Shown here one piece after another: positions 14,108 through 27,900 of a DNA stretch of 64,000 nucleotides. Under the pieces are notes generated by a model. It was not told the DNA's origin. It searched no databases and saw nothing but the letters and a program-made list of their open reading frames with translations. How positions within the stretch are numbered: position 1 is the stretch's first letter; each line of letters opens with the position of its first letter. This DNA comes from the human T2T-CHM13v2.0 reference genome, Homo sapiens, in NCBI RefSeq assembly GCF_009914755.1, contig NC_060933.1, one strand, 5' to 3'. The translations under genes and the position numbers were made by a program.

Positions 14108-15007
14108 ATGTAGTCCCCAACCTTTGTGGCACCAGGGACTGGTTTTGTGGAAGACAATATTTCCACGGACAGGGGAGCAGAGGATGGTTTCAGGATTGTA
14201 ATGGTTAATAATAGGTGTCAACTTAATTGGATTGAAGGATGCCTAGATAATTGGTAAAGAATAGTTTCTGGGTGTGTCAGTGAGGGTGTTGCTGGAGGAG
14301 ATTAACATTTGAGTCGGACTGGGAGAGGAAGACCGATCTTCAATGTGGGTGGACACCATCCAATTGACTGTCAGCTTGGCTAGAACAAAGCTGGTGGAAG
14401 AAGGTGGGATAAGCTGACTTAATGAGTCTTCTGGCTTTCATCATTGCGCTGTGCTGGATGCTTCCTGCCCTTGGACATCAGATTCCAGGTTCTTTAGGCT
14501 TTGAACACTTGAACTTACAGCAGTGGTTTTCCAGGGGCTTTCAGGCCCTTGGCCACAGACTAAATGTTGCACTGCCAGCTTTCCTACTTTTGAGGCTTTT
14601 GTAGCTGAACTAAGCCTTTGTTGGCTTCCTTGCCCCTCAGCTTGCAGACAGCCTATCATGGGACTTCACCTTGTGATCATATAGTCAATTCTCATTAATA
14701 AACTCCTTTTCATATATACATATATCTTATAAGTTCTGTCCCTCTGGAGAACCCTGACTAATACAGGCATGAAACTGTTCCACCTCAGATCATCGGGCAT
14801 TAGATTCTCATGAGGTATGCACAACCTAGATCCCTTGCATGCTCAGTTCATAATAGGGTTCACATTCCTATAAGAATCTAATGCTGTAGCTGATTCGACA
14901 GGAGGCAGAGCTCAGGTGGTAATGCTCACTCACCTGCCGCTCACCTCCTGCTGTATGATCTGATTCCTAACAAGCCATAGCTCATAACCAAGGGTTGAGG
15001 ACCACTG
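14108..15007 (+). mobile_element. MER1B hAT-Charlie MITE interrupted by an MLT2A LTR
   Basis: Left part gtccccaacctttgtggcaccagggactggttttgtggaagac (14108-14196); right part gaaactgttccacctcagatcatc...ggttgaggaccactg (14771-15007). Confidence 0.9.
14197..14765 (+). mobile_element. MLT2A (HERV-L) solo LTR
   Basis: TGTAATGGTTAATAATAGGTGTCAACTT...CTGTCCCTCTGGAGAACCCTGACTAATACA; decayed 5-bp TSD aggat / ggcat. Confidence 0.92.
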
Positions 15008-15460
15008 TGTTAAAAGATAAACTAAGACACAATAAAATTTTAAATATGTTATTTACACAATGATTTATGACTCAGGCAGCTCCAAACCATAAAAGTGGCT
15101 TAAGAGCACCACTGAGGGATCACAGGGGGAGGCTTTTAGAGGACAGGCACAGAAGAAAACTAAAGATAGTATTTGACTATTTATAGTTGTACAGTTATTT
15201 GTACCTTATTTGGTACCAAAGTTGTACGTTATTAGGTCTATCCCACTGGAAAGTCTTCAGTTGTATGATTATGTGTGTTGGCTACTTCTGATTGGTTGAA
15301 CTTAAGTTCTGTTTTTCTTTAATATAGAAATTGATAAGAATAGCTCAAGTTTCCCTTATATCTGTAGATCAAACAAGGTTTAGATCACTTATGATGCCTA
15401 ACTGGTTTTGTCTGCTCAGAAATTCTTCAGGCCTGGACTCCATTTTAATTTACTTTAATG
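15008..15460 (-). mobile_element. MER4-group ERV1 solo LTR (subfamily uncertain)
   Basis: Starts tgttaaaag, contains a ctgattgg CCAAT box and ends ctccattttaatttactttaatg. Possible TSD actg / attg. Confidence 0.7.
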
Positions 15461-15852
15461 ATTGTTACTTTAAATTTGGATTAAACAGTGGATTCATATG
15501 TACTGAGTGAAAAAAAAATGGAAATAGATGTTATAAAATTTATTTGAAATCATTCAGCCAGGATGTTTTAAACAGCATAAATTAGCAGAATTACCAAAAA
15601 CACATTTTGAAAAAACCTTGAAGCAATTTTAATGTATTGCAAAATGTGAAGGAGACTAGTAGGACAAAAACTTAAAGGTTGAGTTTGAGATACGATGCAG
15701 GGTTTTTTGCTCCTTAGCCCAGCTAGGCCTAAGTTCTGAAGAAGTAGGCACATGGACGCTCAAAGAGTAAGTGTAGTAGAATTTATTTAGTGAAAGGAAA
15801 GCTCTCAGCAAAGAGAGGGGTCCTGACGTCAAGTTCTTGGTTGCCCCCTTAA

Positions 15853-16159
<307 letters not shown>

Positions 16160-16337
16160 AACAAGGACATTTTTATACAAGCTGATAGGGCTGTGAATTC
16201 CTGGTTGTATGAGACATGAATTCCTGGTTGCTCCACTCCACCTTTCCAGTGAGTTATGTGGGCCCTTAGTCTGTGCCTCTCCATATTGATTTATTTCCTT
16301 TAATGCACATATGTTAAGGAACGAAATTTTCCACTAT

Positions 16338-16357
16338 GGGCATGTTTAGGCAAGCTC
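16338..16357. promoter_or_regulatory. Perfect p53 response element in the 3' LTR
   Basis: GGGCATGTTT AGGCAAGCTC = RRRCWWGYYY x2 with no spacer. Confidence 0.8.
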
Positions 16358-16604
16358 CCTTAGCAAGTACGCTTATCCGCACAAAATATTTGGTATAAAC
16401 ACCTGGGGGGTGGGTAAGAGGTTCTCCAGGGGACCCTTTCCTGACTGTCTCCCTAAAGCAAGTTGGCTGACTCCTTTCATTCCTCCCTTCAGGAGTGGAG
16501 ACCCCAAATTCTGTTGGGGAAAGTGTACAACGACTGCTCTTAACTGCTTCCTGCTGACAAGGGGTGCTGTTTTGGGAAAGTGGCAGTTAAGGCTCCTCCT
16601 GAGG

Positions 16605-16719
16605 TCAGTTTAAGGGTCCCCAAAGAGAACGGTGTGTTCATGAGTGGTTCTGTTTGCATCACCATTTGATGTTGAACGGCCTTTAAGTGAGAAGAAACAA
16701 TTAGGGTTATTAGAAGACA
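16605..16719 (-). pseudogene. Gamma-type env cytoplasmic-tail remnant
   Basis: The - strand translates to CLLITLIVSSHLKAVQHQMVMQTEPLMNTPF, then WGPLN after a frameshift. This resembles class I env tails (FVSSRIEAVKLQMVLQMEP...GPLDRP) and sits just upstream of the PPT. Confidence 0.6.
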
Positions 16720-19219
16720 TATTCAAAATGAAACAAAGGGATAAGGACAGCTCAAAACAAAACAAAACAAAACAAAATCTCAAGGCTGCCAATACAGCCA
16801 GATAACTCGTGGCTATAGTTATGCCTGCTAAGGTTTGTATTCATGGGGCTTGGCTTTGATTAGCTCCCTTGGTCTTATTTTCCCAAACAAAGAAATCTCT
16901 GGGTTATGGGCACCTATTTACTCCGATCACCTGGAAGGATTTGCAGGATAATTGTTCAGAATTAAAATATTGATCCAGATTTTTTATATTACTCGTCCCT
17001 TTGGTTCTTTTGAGCTGCAGCCGTACATTGCTGGTTGGTCCACAGGAACAAGCAGGGTAGTCTAAAATGTAGGCAAAAACTTAAAAACAACTAATGGGAT
17101 TATAATGTAATGACAAATGTAGAATACGTTTTGAAACATAATTTCTCTCTCTCCAGTCCTCATTTTTGTCAAAAACAAATCATGATAGGACTCAGTTGTT
17201 TGAAAAAATAAACTTTAGCCTTATACTTGTCTTATTTGCATAAAGTGCAAAAAGAATAATTATTTTTCCCATAGGCTTTTAAATTGGCTTTGATGGAACT
17301 CTGTTCCATAAGGCATCTCAGTTAAGACCTTTTAAGGCCAAGCCCAGCCAAGGGTTTCCACCCTCAAATATCTACAAGTTTGGTAAATCATTCTCTTCTT
17401 GATGTCCCAAGAACAAGCTTTTTAACAGGCTCCTAAGCCTGTTAAAAAGTGACATGCTTTACTCCCCATGGGTTAGGAACCTTGTACAAGGACTGTGTTG
17501 ACAAGGTATGTAGCCAGTTTTCCCAAGGGACTTTTATTGGCAAGTCCAGCTTAATGACTTAAAGGAACATATACCCTTCCAGTAAAAGCCTTGGTAAAAC
17601 CCCCAGTTTCTTCAATTGTGTCCTGTTGCAAAAGAAAATGTATTCTTATTGCACTGATGAAAATAACTGAATTGCCATAAATTAAATATTCTCACAAATA
17701 GTTTCCAAATTCTGGCAAAGCCAGGCAGAGAGAAACAAACATCCTTCAAATTTTGTTCACAGGCGTATAGTTTACTCAATTATTAAAGGTTTTAAATAGG
17801 TCAAAATAAGTATCCTTGACTCAGAAAAACAAAGCAAGGATCACCAAAGTTTTAAGCAAAAAGGTTAAAAATAATACTTGTTTTCTATTAGTTCAATCCA
17901 TTCTGTTCTCTTGTTCTGCTTGATATTCATGAACATTTCAGTTCTTCATGAGTACTGTATTTTTTTCAATGTCATAATCTCCAGAGTTAATGGAATCTTG
18001 CATTTGAGAACACTTGTCAAAATCCTATAGCTGATTATAAATCATCTTTTGAGTAGGATCAAAACAAGACATTTGTCTGTGAATGATGAAATGTCCAGGG
18101 TAGTTACTGTCAAGAATACAATTGACAAAGAAATTTAGTTATTTCTAGGGTTTACAATAACTAAACATAATAACCTTAATTATGATTGATAGCATATACT
18201 CAGACATTAGAATTTTAGAAATCTCATATAATTTTGAAACATATTAATATTATTCACTAAAATATAACCTAAAGCAGATTAAATACAACTTTGGAAATAC
18301 CATATAACTAAACATTTCAAAAAACCCAGTTTTCTTCTGTTTTGGATGTTCCAGGGACCAGGAAAGACAATTTTAAAACTGAAGTTTGATTTTGGGAAGA
18401 CTGTTAATTACGTTAGAGGTTCAAAGCACTTGATACTATAAAATAGAATTCCAAGTTACCACATGTCATTTATTTTAGCCAAAATGATGACTCAAACATT
18501 TTAAAACAACGCAAAAGCATATTCACAGGAAGAGGGAAAATTTAGCTTTCCAAACAATCTGTCGTTAATTTTACAGGGAAATGCTGTTCAAGTGAAAGCC
18601 TAATTTCATCCTTGCATTAGTCTACTGTTGATGTCAACCCTAATTTTTTTAATGAAAACTTATAGATAATTATATCTAATCTTATCTAGTTTGACCATGA
18701 GGTGAGATTTTTTTAAACTTTTATAACCCTTTACAAATTGTTGTTAAAGAGCAGGTCAGCGCCTTTAGAAAACCTTGTTGTGCTTTTATTTCAATGCTCA
18801 ATTTACAAAAACAAAATACTTTTTTGAAATTAGCCAATATGTTCACACAATTTCTTTTGCAAGATTAAGTTTTACAAACTTTTCACCATTTGTTTAAACC
18901 TTCAGCTTTATCTTATCTAATTCAAAACAATCCTTTAACCCAAGGCAAAAATTTACATTTTCATGCATTCTTATAATCTTTTACTAAAAACATATTTTAC
19001 TTTCCTTACTTACCTTATATGTAAATCTATTTTCATTGTCTCGATTACAGATTATTATGGTAACTCCTAGCAATTTTTAACTTTAATGTAAAACCTGGCA
19101 AGTTGCTTTAATTATGTAGTAGGCATAAATAAAGTCTGATTCCTTCCTGCATAATTAAGGGTGTGGTTAATTCCATATGTCCCTGGACTTATTAATTGTG
19201 AAGCAGGCAAATTGAATAG

Positions 19220-19585
19220 TGTATTAGTCAATTTTCATGCTGCAGATAAAGACAATCTTGAGACTGGGCAATTTACAAAAGAAAGAGGTTTAATTGGACT
19301 TACAGTTCCACATGGCTGAGGAGGCCTCACAATCATGGCAGAAGGTAAGGGGGAGCAAGTGACATCTTATGTGGATGGTGGCAAACCAAAAAAGAGAGCT
19401 TGTGCAGAGAAACTCTCATTTTTAAAACCATCAGATCCATGAAACCCATTACTATCATGCGAACAGCATAAAAAGACCCACCCTCATGATTCAATCATCT
19501 CCCACTGGGTCCCTGCCACAACACATGGAAATTACGGGAGCTACAAGATGAGATTTGGGTGGAGACACAGAGCCAAACTTCATCA
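19220..19585 (-). mobile_element. THE1 (THE1C-like) solo LTR nested in the ERV internal region
   Basis: tgtattagtc...gagccaaacttcatca with a perfect 5-bp TSD AATAG (19215-19219 / 19586-19590). Confidence 0.95.
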
Positions 19586-21023
19586 AATAGTTCTTAAAAG
19601 CCAAAGAAGCAGTTAATAACTTTGAAGCATTTAGCTAACCTAGCATTTGACCTACATGATTCAGCCCACATATTTACATTTTAAAGACATTTGTATTTTA
19701 CCAATTATTTTTAAAACAGCCTTTATTTCTTAAAGATTATAGTCATGTGAACTGAAAAGGTATTACAGCTTTTATTTTTCTTCAAAAAATATTTGATCTA
19801 AGTGCTTATTTTCCTAGAGCTTTTTTATATAAACATCACGCCCATAAGAAATATAAAATTACACAGATGAACAAAAGCAAATTCAGTACTTGTAAGATTT
19901 TTCATTTGCCAATCTTCTGAATAGATTATTGGCCTCTGGGTGAAGCCCTTCAAGAGCAGGGTCTAGGACAGCATACAGTTTCTAGGGCCTAATAAACAGG
20001 CATAGCTGGAAGACAGAGACAGATTTTGAGAAGGATCTATCCACTTTTAATTCCTGGAGTTTCGTGAGGAAAACAGAGGGTGTTTTTTCCCCAAAATGGG
20101 GTCTGTGGCACCTTCTTTGTTTTTTCCCAGGAGCCCCGGGCTATCAGAAGTTATCTTAGAGCCTCTCATGTATGCACTGAATGACAAGACAAAATGGGAA
20201 AAAAAAAATCATTCAACAGAGAAAGAACCTTTTTCCAGAAAAACAAGATCCATGCAGAGAAAAATTTAAAGGCCTTTAAATATACCTATAACTTGGATAT
20301 CCACTTTGAATTCAGCTGTGCTCTAAGAAAATCGTTTCATATCTATTACCCAACTTTAGCCATGCCGAGCAGCCAATATTTCTGGCTTTTGAACTTTATT
20401 AAAAATAACCTCACAGGTGAAACCAACAAGCCTCAACTAAGGTTATGACTTAACTGTAAGTGTAAAAGTTATTTTCAAAGAGGTGCTAAGCAGTTTTTAC
20501 AGAATCTAAGATCTTTAAAGTTGGTTCAGACAAAGGAAGATTTAAGAAAGGAAGCTAAAGTTGTTTATAGAGGGGAAGAGAATCAGCAAATGGTAAAAGT
20601 CACACAGATATTGGCCAAAATATACTCATTCCCTAAGCCGGGATTAAACCCAGGCCACCATTGTAAAATGGCAGAGGCCAAAAGAAAGTATTATCAAGTG
20701 GTTACAAGGTCAAGCTCCTAAGGACAAAAAACAAGATGAAGAACTGCAGCAAGGTTTGTTACTGACCAGTTTGCCAGGCTGGTTTGATCAGCAAACTTTT
20801 GGGGTCCTAGGCCTGCATTCTATCCTAAGGTACCCCTCTTTATGACAGAACTATACAGAAAGACACACAAAGCACACTACATTGGCTACAGCTTAAGACT
20901 AGCCTCATAAATCCTTTTTTTCTATTTATCAGAACTTCAGAGAGTATATAAACAGTGATTTAAACAGGGATTTTATCATTTATTCAACTGGTTTGCACAG
21001 GGAGAAGGAGGCCAGAAGTCTGA

Positions 21024-21357
<334 letters not shown>

Positions 21358-22753
21358 CTGGTAAGAACTTTTACCCTTTTGCTGGTGTACCAGGCTTCTG
21401 AGTTGCCCTTTTTCATGCTCAGTTTTGAGCCAAGCAGTTTAAGGTTTGGAGAAATTAACTTTTCCCAGTTTAAGAGATGCATCCAAAGGGAGTGTCCTGT
21501 GGTACAGCGACACAATGACTCACCCACAAAGAGAGGACAGAGGAGGAAAAAGGAGAAAGGAGGTGTTTTTTCAGAAGAGTCCTAGTGATTCAGGAGGCAA
21601 TCAAGAGAAATATGGGCTGCAGATGATTGGTTACTCACCTAAGAAGAGGGGAGCAAGGCATCCCTAGTTTCTTCTTTTTCCTAGTAAATACCTGAGGTAC
21701 ATGAGGGAGAGGAGAAAAGTGTCCTCTTTCTTTCTTCTGTTCTTATATCCCTGAGTCCTGGTGATCTTGGCAGGTTACCACCCATGGGTGCCAGTGCAGC
21801 TTTCACCTATGTTAACAGGGGGCTTACAGGGTGCGAGTTATCCACCATTACCCATGCGCTGCTTGTCCCACTGTTGTCGATAACTTTTGAGTTCTCTAGA
21901 TTTCATACATGCCGTGGATACTAGAATGACCTCTATCCACGAGATGGAAGGGGGCCTAATCGGCAGCAATGAGTCATGCTAACCTAAAGCTTTGGAGCTG
22001 GGTCTTCCTTAAACAAGGGAGAGAAAAGGCTGTCTTGGGAATTGGGGTCCTGGCCTAATAAGAAAAAACAAAAACAAAAACCAACAAAAAACTTCTCATA
22101 AAAGTTAACTCCTTACAAAGTGGAGAAAAGAAAAAAAAATAAAATAAAACAGCTTAAGTGCAGGGTGGGGAAGATGCCTGGAGGAGAAACCTTTTATTCT
22201 TATGCAAATGAGTTCCTCCAATAGGGAGAGAACATTTTAATTGCTGTCTCCTCCTTTCTGGCTCAGCCAGGGGAGGAAAGACACTGTGGGTGCATGGGGA
22301 GAGGGAAGAGTGAGCAGGAAATGCTGGCCACCTAGCCAAGTGGGGCACTTGGGCTATGTGCCCCAGACGGGAGTGGAGGGGGTTGGGAGTTGCCACTCTC
22401 CCATTTGTCTCACATGTGTACCTGTGGCCATTGGAGGTTGGGGTAAGGGACATGTCTCTAAAAACGGAGGGAGAGCACATTTTTCTGAATTGTATAGAAT
22501 TTATTAAGTTAAAGGAAAGCTCTCAGCAAAGAGAGGAGTCCTGAAAGTAGGTTCCCGGTTGCCCTCTTCACAGGTGAATCAAAGGCATTTTTATATAAGC
22601 TGATGGGGCTGAGTTCCCTATTTGTATAAGGCGTGAATTCCTGTAGGCTCCACTGCATCCTTCCAGAGTGCATGCAGACCCTTAGTCTGAGACATTCCAT
22701 ATTGATTTATTTTTCTTACTGCCCACGTGTTAAGAAACAAAATTTTCCACTGC

Positions 22754-22773
22754 GGGCATGTTTAGGCAAGCCC
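22754..22773. promoter_or_regulatory. Perfect p53 response element in the 5' LTR
   Basis: GGGCATGTTT AGGCAAGCCC = RRRCWWGYYY x2 with no spacer; a third near half-site GAGCAAGTAC at 22777-22786. Confidence 0.8.
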
Positions 22774-24094
22774 CCGGAGCAAGTACCCTTATGTGCACAA
22801 AACATCTGGTATAAACACTTGTGGAGCAGATAGGAGGTTCTCTGGGGGACCCTTCCCTTAGTGTCTGCCTAAAGCAAGCTGGCTAACTTTTCAGAAAGAG
22901 ACAGAGAAAATGAAGTAGCTACCAAAGTATTCTGGGTCTACAAGTGATATTATTTTCAACAAGTATTCAAATGCCATTCTAGTCTAAACTAATTCATTAT
23001 AAATCAGCTAATATTAAGTAAATATTTTACAAATTAAAAACTAGTTACAAAAGGTAGAGACCTCAAAGAAAGGCAGAAATGAGGCAAATGGGGAAAAATT
23101 ATGGTGACTTAAAGCCTATATATTGTGATCTGGAGAATTAGAATTTAATTTGTCTATACAAAGTAGGTCATGATCCTGATAAGTTTAGCAATTAGAGTAT
23201 TTATAAAAAGTAAGAGCTAAATAATTTGTTTCAGGGATGCACTTTTATTTCAATTATCTAGACCTGAAATTATATTTTTTTGAGATCGTTCAGGAAGAAG
23301 AAATTACATGAGGAGAACTTTCTAATCAGTATGCTTAGTGTAAATATATCTGATGAGTTCATAAGTCTGTTTCATTTATTATTCTTCAGTATAGGTCTGT
23401 AGCATGACACAAACAATTCCTGATGACTTCAGCTACCTTTTTAAGGAAGGTAGACTTGCTCCATCCCCTATCTTCTATTTTGCATCTGAAAGAGGATCAT
23501 ACTCCTGTTTAAGTCAACTTTATTAATGTTTTTCAAAATATTTCTTCTCTTGCCAATATAAAATAATGAAATTGTAGTAAAATGGGGATTGTCTTCCTCA
23601 AGATGAGTAATTTTTCATGAACAATTTATTTAATTATTTCAATAATTATTCAAAAATGATTTCAAATTATTTCAACAATTTATCTTATGAACATTTATTT
23701 CATTATTTATTCACACCATCAAATAATATTTTACATTGAGTCCAAATTTTTTGCATTGCTGTTCATGTCAGGTTTATATTGGAATTAATTCTCTATGACC
23801 TCCTTTTTAAGCACTGCTAAATAGATAGTAATCTTTCTTTCTATAACAGTTGAGTTTAAATTGCTTTTCTTAATTTTCTCTGACAGAGAACATTATTTTT
23901 TATTGTTGTAAACAAGCTATATTCTACATATTTAATTATTTGGAATTTGATTTGTGTATATTTTTCAGTGGAAGCTAACTTCTTCCTAATGTCTCCATCT
24001 ACATTTCATATTTATTCATCCATTCACATATTCAACAAAATTTGAGAATCTGTTTTTGGGCTTTTAATACTCATCTTATTCATTTTACTATTTA

Positions 24095-24201
24095 TGTTTT
24101 TATTTCTTTATTTATTTAGAAACTGGTTCTCACTTAGTTGCCCACGTTAGAGTGTAGTGATGCCATCATAGCTCATGGCAGCCTCAAACTCCTGGGCTCA
24201 A
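24095..24201 (-). mobile_element. FLAM/Alu monomer fragment
   Basis: 'tctcacttagttgccca...gagtgtagtgatgccatcatagctcatggcagcctcaaactcctgggctcaag'. Confidence 0.8.
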
Positions 24202-24939
24202 GTTTGTTAATTTTATTTTAAATGTCCACACAGTGTTCTCAGTCAGAAACAGATTTCTTAATAATGTGTGTTGGCTGCTCCTTTTCCCAGTTCTTATCTT
24301 TGGACAGTATAAAGAGATCCAGATCATCCTAGTGAGAGGCCAGACTCTCTGAAAGCAAGAAGTTAAGAACAATGGTTTTTTTCCTTGTCTTTGTTTTTAT
24401 ACTTATAATAGGATGGAAACGGCTGTTTTTCTGTCCTTCTAAGAGGATATCTTCTTTATTCCAAACTTTTGGAATGTTGTAAAATCTCTCCTGGAACCAA
24501 ATAACCCTGTATCTCCAAGTTTTTATGACCTATAGCTGTCTCCAAATTCTGGAACATCATATCTTTTGACATATGAATACAAAAACCTAGTCTTCCTCTT
24601 ACCCTAGTACTTAACCTAGGAACCTAGTAATCTAAGGATTTTAAAAATTTGACCCTCTTAGGGGAGTAAAAGAAGTTTTCCTATTGTTGCAAATCAGAGA
24701 AATTAACTGGACAAAGGGCTACAGATCTAATTCTCTCAGTGTGTGAAGAGTCTCAAGAAGCTAGTGCTTTGAGAGAATCCATGAGAAACCCAGGGACCTT
24801 TAATATCTCCTCATTATTATTTGCATAGCACACTACCAGGGGAGATGGAGAATTAAAATAATAATATATTTTAATAACTTTAAGTTCTCTTAAATCATAT
24901 GGTTTTTTAAGGATAAAAAAAAATCCTGGATATCTATGG

Positions 24940-27900
24940 CTATACTTAGACATATGTAATATACATATATAACACAATAACTTTTGGGGAACAAGTGGTT
25001 TTTGGTTACAGAGTGGTAAAGTCTGAGATTTTGGTGCCCTTGTCACCCAAGTAGTGTACATTGTACCCAATATGTAGTGTTTTATCCCTCACCCACCTCC
25101 TACTCTCCCCCTTAGTGGTCTCCAATGTCCATTATACCACTCTGTATGCATACCCATGGCTTAGCTACCACTTAAAAGTGAGAATATATGATATTTGGTT
25201 TTCCATTCCTGAGTTACTTCACTTAGAATAATGGCCTCCAGCTCCAGTTGGAGTTGCTGCAAATGACATTATTTCATTCTTTTTAGGGCTGAGTAGTATG
25301 TCATGGTGTATGTTTACCACATTTCTTTATCCACTCATTGGTTGAGGAGCACTTAGGTTGGTTCTGTATCTTTGTAATTGTGAATTGTACTGCAATAAAC
25401 ATATACATGCAGGTGTATTTTTGATACAATGACTTTTTTTAATTTGAGTAGTTAACCAGTAGTGGGATTGATGGACTGAATGCTAGATCTACTTTTAGTT
25501 ATTTCAAAAATCTCCATAATGCTTTACATAAAGGATGTACTAATTTACATTCCCACCAGCAATGTATAAGCATGCCCTTTTCACCATATTCATGCCAAAA
25601 TCTGTTTCTTTGTTTTTTTTGACTTTTTAATAATGGCTATTATGCTGGGAAAAGATGGTATCTCACTGTGGTTTTAATTTGCATTTCTTTGATGATTAGT
25701 GACATTGAGAATTTTTTATATGTTTGTTGGTCATTTGTATATCTTCTTTTGAGAAATGTCTATTCATGTAATTTTTTTTCACTTTCTGTTGGGATTATTT
25801 TTTCTTGCTGATTTGTTTTCCTTGTTAATTCTAGATATTAATTATTTGCTAGATGCATACTTTGTAAACATTTTCTTCTATTCTCTGAGTTATCTGTTTA
25901 CTGTGATGATTATTTCTTTTGCTGTGAAGGTTTTTAGTTTACTTATGTCCTTTTTATTTATTTTTGCTTTTGTTGCATTTACTTTTGGAGTCTTAGTCAT
26001 AAAGTTTTGGCTTAGGTAAATATCCAGATGTGTTTTTCTTAGTTTTTTTCCAGAATTTTTATGGTTTTGGGTTTTATATTTAAGTCTGATCCATCTTCTA
26101 ATTTTTGTAGATGGTGAGAAAGAGTGATCCAGTTTCATTCTTCTACATGTGGCTGTCTTGTTTTCCCTGCATCATTTATTGAATAGGGTGTCCTTTCCTA
26201 TTTATGTTTTTGAATGCTTTGTGGAGGATCAGTTGGTTGTATACATTTGGCTTTATTTCTGGTTTCTCTATTCCTTTCCTTTGGTTTATTTATCTACCTT
26301 TATACCAGTACCATGCATGCTGTTTTGATTACTAAAACCTTGTATTATAACTTGAAGTCTCTTAAAACTATGCCTCCGGATTTGTTCTTTTTGCTTAGAG
26401 TTGCTTTTTTAATTCAAGCTTATTTCTGGTTTCATAAGAATTTAGAATTGCTTTCTCTAATTCTGTGAAAAATGATGTCAGTATTTTGATAGGAAGTGCA
26501 TTGAATCTGTAGATTGCTTTTAGCAGTAAGGTCATTTTCACAAATATGATTCTTCCTATCCATGAGCATGGGATGTATTTCCATTTGTTTATATCATCTC
26601 TAATTTATTTCAGCAGTTTTTGTAGCTCTCCTTATGGAGATCTTTCACTTATTTGGTTAAGTGTATTTCAATTTTTTTTCTGCTGCTATTGTAAAAGAAA
26701 TTGAGTTCTTGATTTGATTCTCAGCTTGATCATTGTTGGTGCTATGCAGTAGTACTAATTTGTGTACATTCATTTTGTAACCTAAGATTTTATGAATTCA
26801 TTCATCAAATAGAAGAGTCTTTTGGTGGAATTCTTAGGCTTATCTAAGTATATGCTTAAATCATCAGCAAACAGAGATAATTTGTCTTCCTCTTTTCCAG
26901 CTTGGATGCCCTTTATTTCTTCCTCTTGCTTGATTGCTCTGGGTAGGACTTCCAGTACTATGTTAAGTAGAAGTGGTGAAAATGGGCATCCTTAACTTGT
27001 TCTAGCCCTCAGTGGGAAGACTTTCAACTTTTCCCCATTCAATATGATGTTGGCCATGGGTTTGTCATATATAGCTTTTATTATTTTGAGATATGTTTAT
27101 TCTATGTCTAGTTTGTTTAGGGTTTTTATCATAAAGCAATGCTGGATTTTACTGAATGTTTTTATGCATCTATTGAGATGATCATACGTATTTGGTTTTT
27201 AATTCTGTTTATAAAATACATCACATTTATTACCTTGCGTATGTTGAGTCATCCTTGCCTCCCTGGGATGAGACTCACTTGATTATAGTGAATTGTCTTT
27301 TTGATATGCTTTTGGATTTGATTTGCCAGTATCTGTTAAGAATTTTTGCGTATGTCTTTATCAGAGATGTTCATTTGTAGTTTTCTTTTTTTATGATATG
27401 CCTTTTTCTGGTTTTGGTATCAGGGTGATACTGGCTTCATAGAATGAGTTAAGGAGGATTCCCTTTTTCTCAGTCTTTTAGAGTAGTTTCAGTAGGCTTG
27501 GTACCAGTTCTTCTTTGAATGTCTGATAGAATTTGGCTGTGATCTGTCTGGGTTTTTTAGTCGGCATTTTTTTTTTCTTACTTATACAATCTCACTGCTT
27601 GTTATTGGTCTGTAAGGATACCTATTTCTTCCTGGTTTAAGCTGGTAGGGTTGTATGTTTCCTGGAATCTATCTATTTTCTTTACTTTTATTTTTATGTG
27701 CATAGAGGTTACATAGTAGTCTCAAATGATCTTTTATATTTCTGTGATATTGGTTAAAATGTTTCCATTTTCATTTCTAATTGAGCTAATTTAAACTTCT
27801 ATCTTCTTAATTGTTCTAACTAATGTTCTAACTAATTGTTAGAACAATTGTTAATCGTTCTAATTGTTAGAACAATTGTTAATCGTTCTAATTGTTAGAA

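Noticed and set aside
20629-20679. Functional tRNA gene
   Set aside because: The 5' half and A-box are not recognisable and the T-loop is mutated (GTTTAA); reported only as a relic.
23600-23720. AT-rich quasi-repeat
   Set aside because: Low-complexity sequence without a stable period.
24220-24760. Possible old LTR
   Set aside because: I could not identify termini, a TSD or a family from sequence alone.
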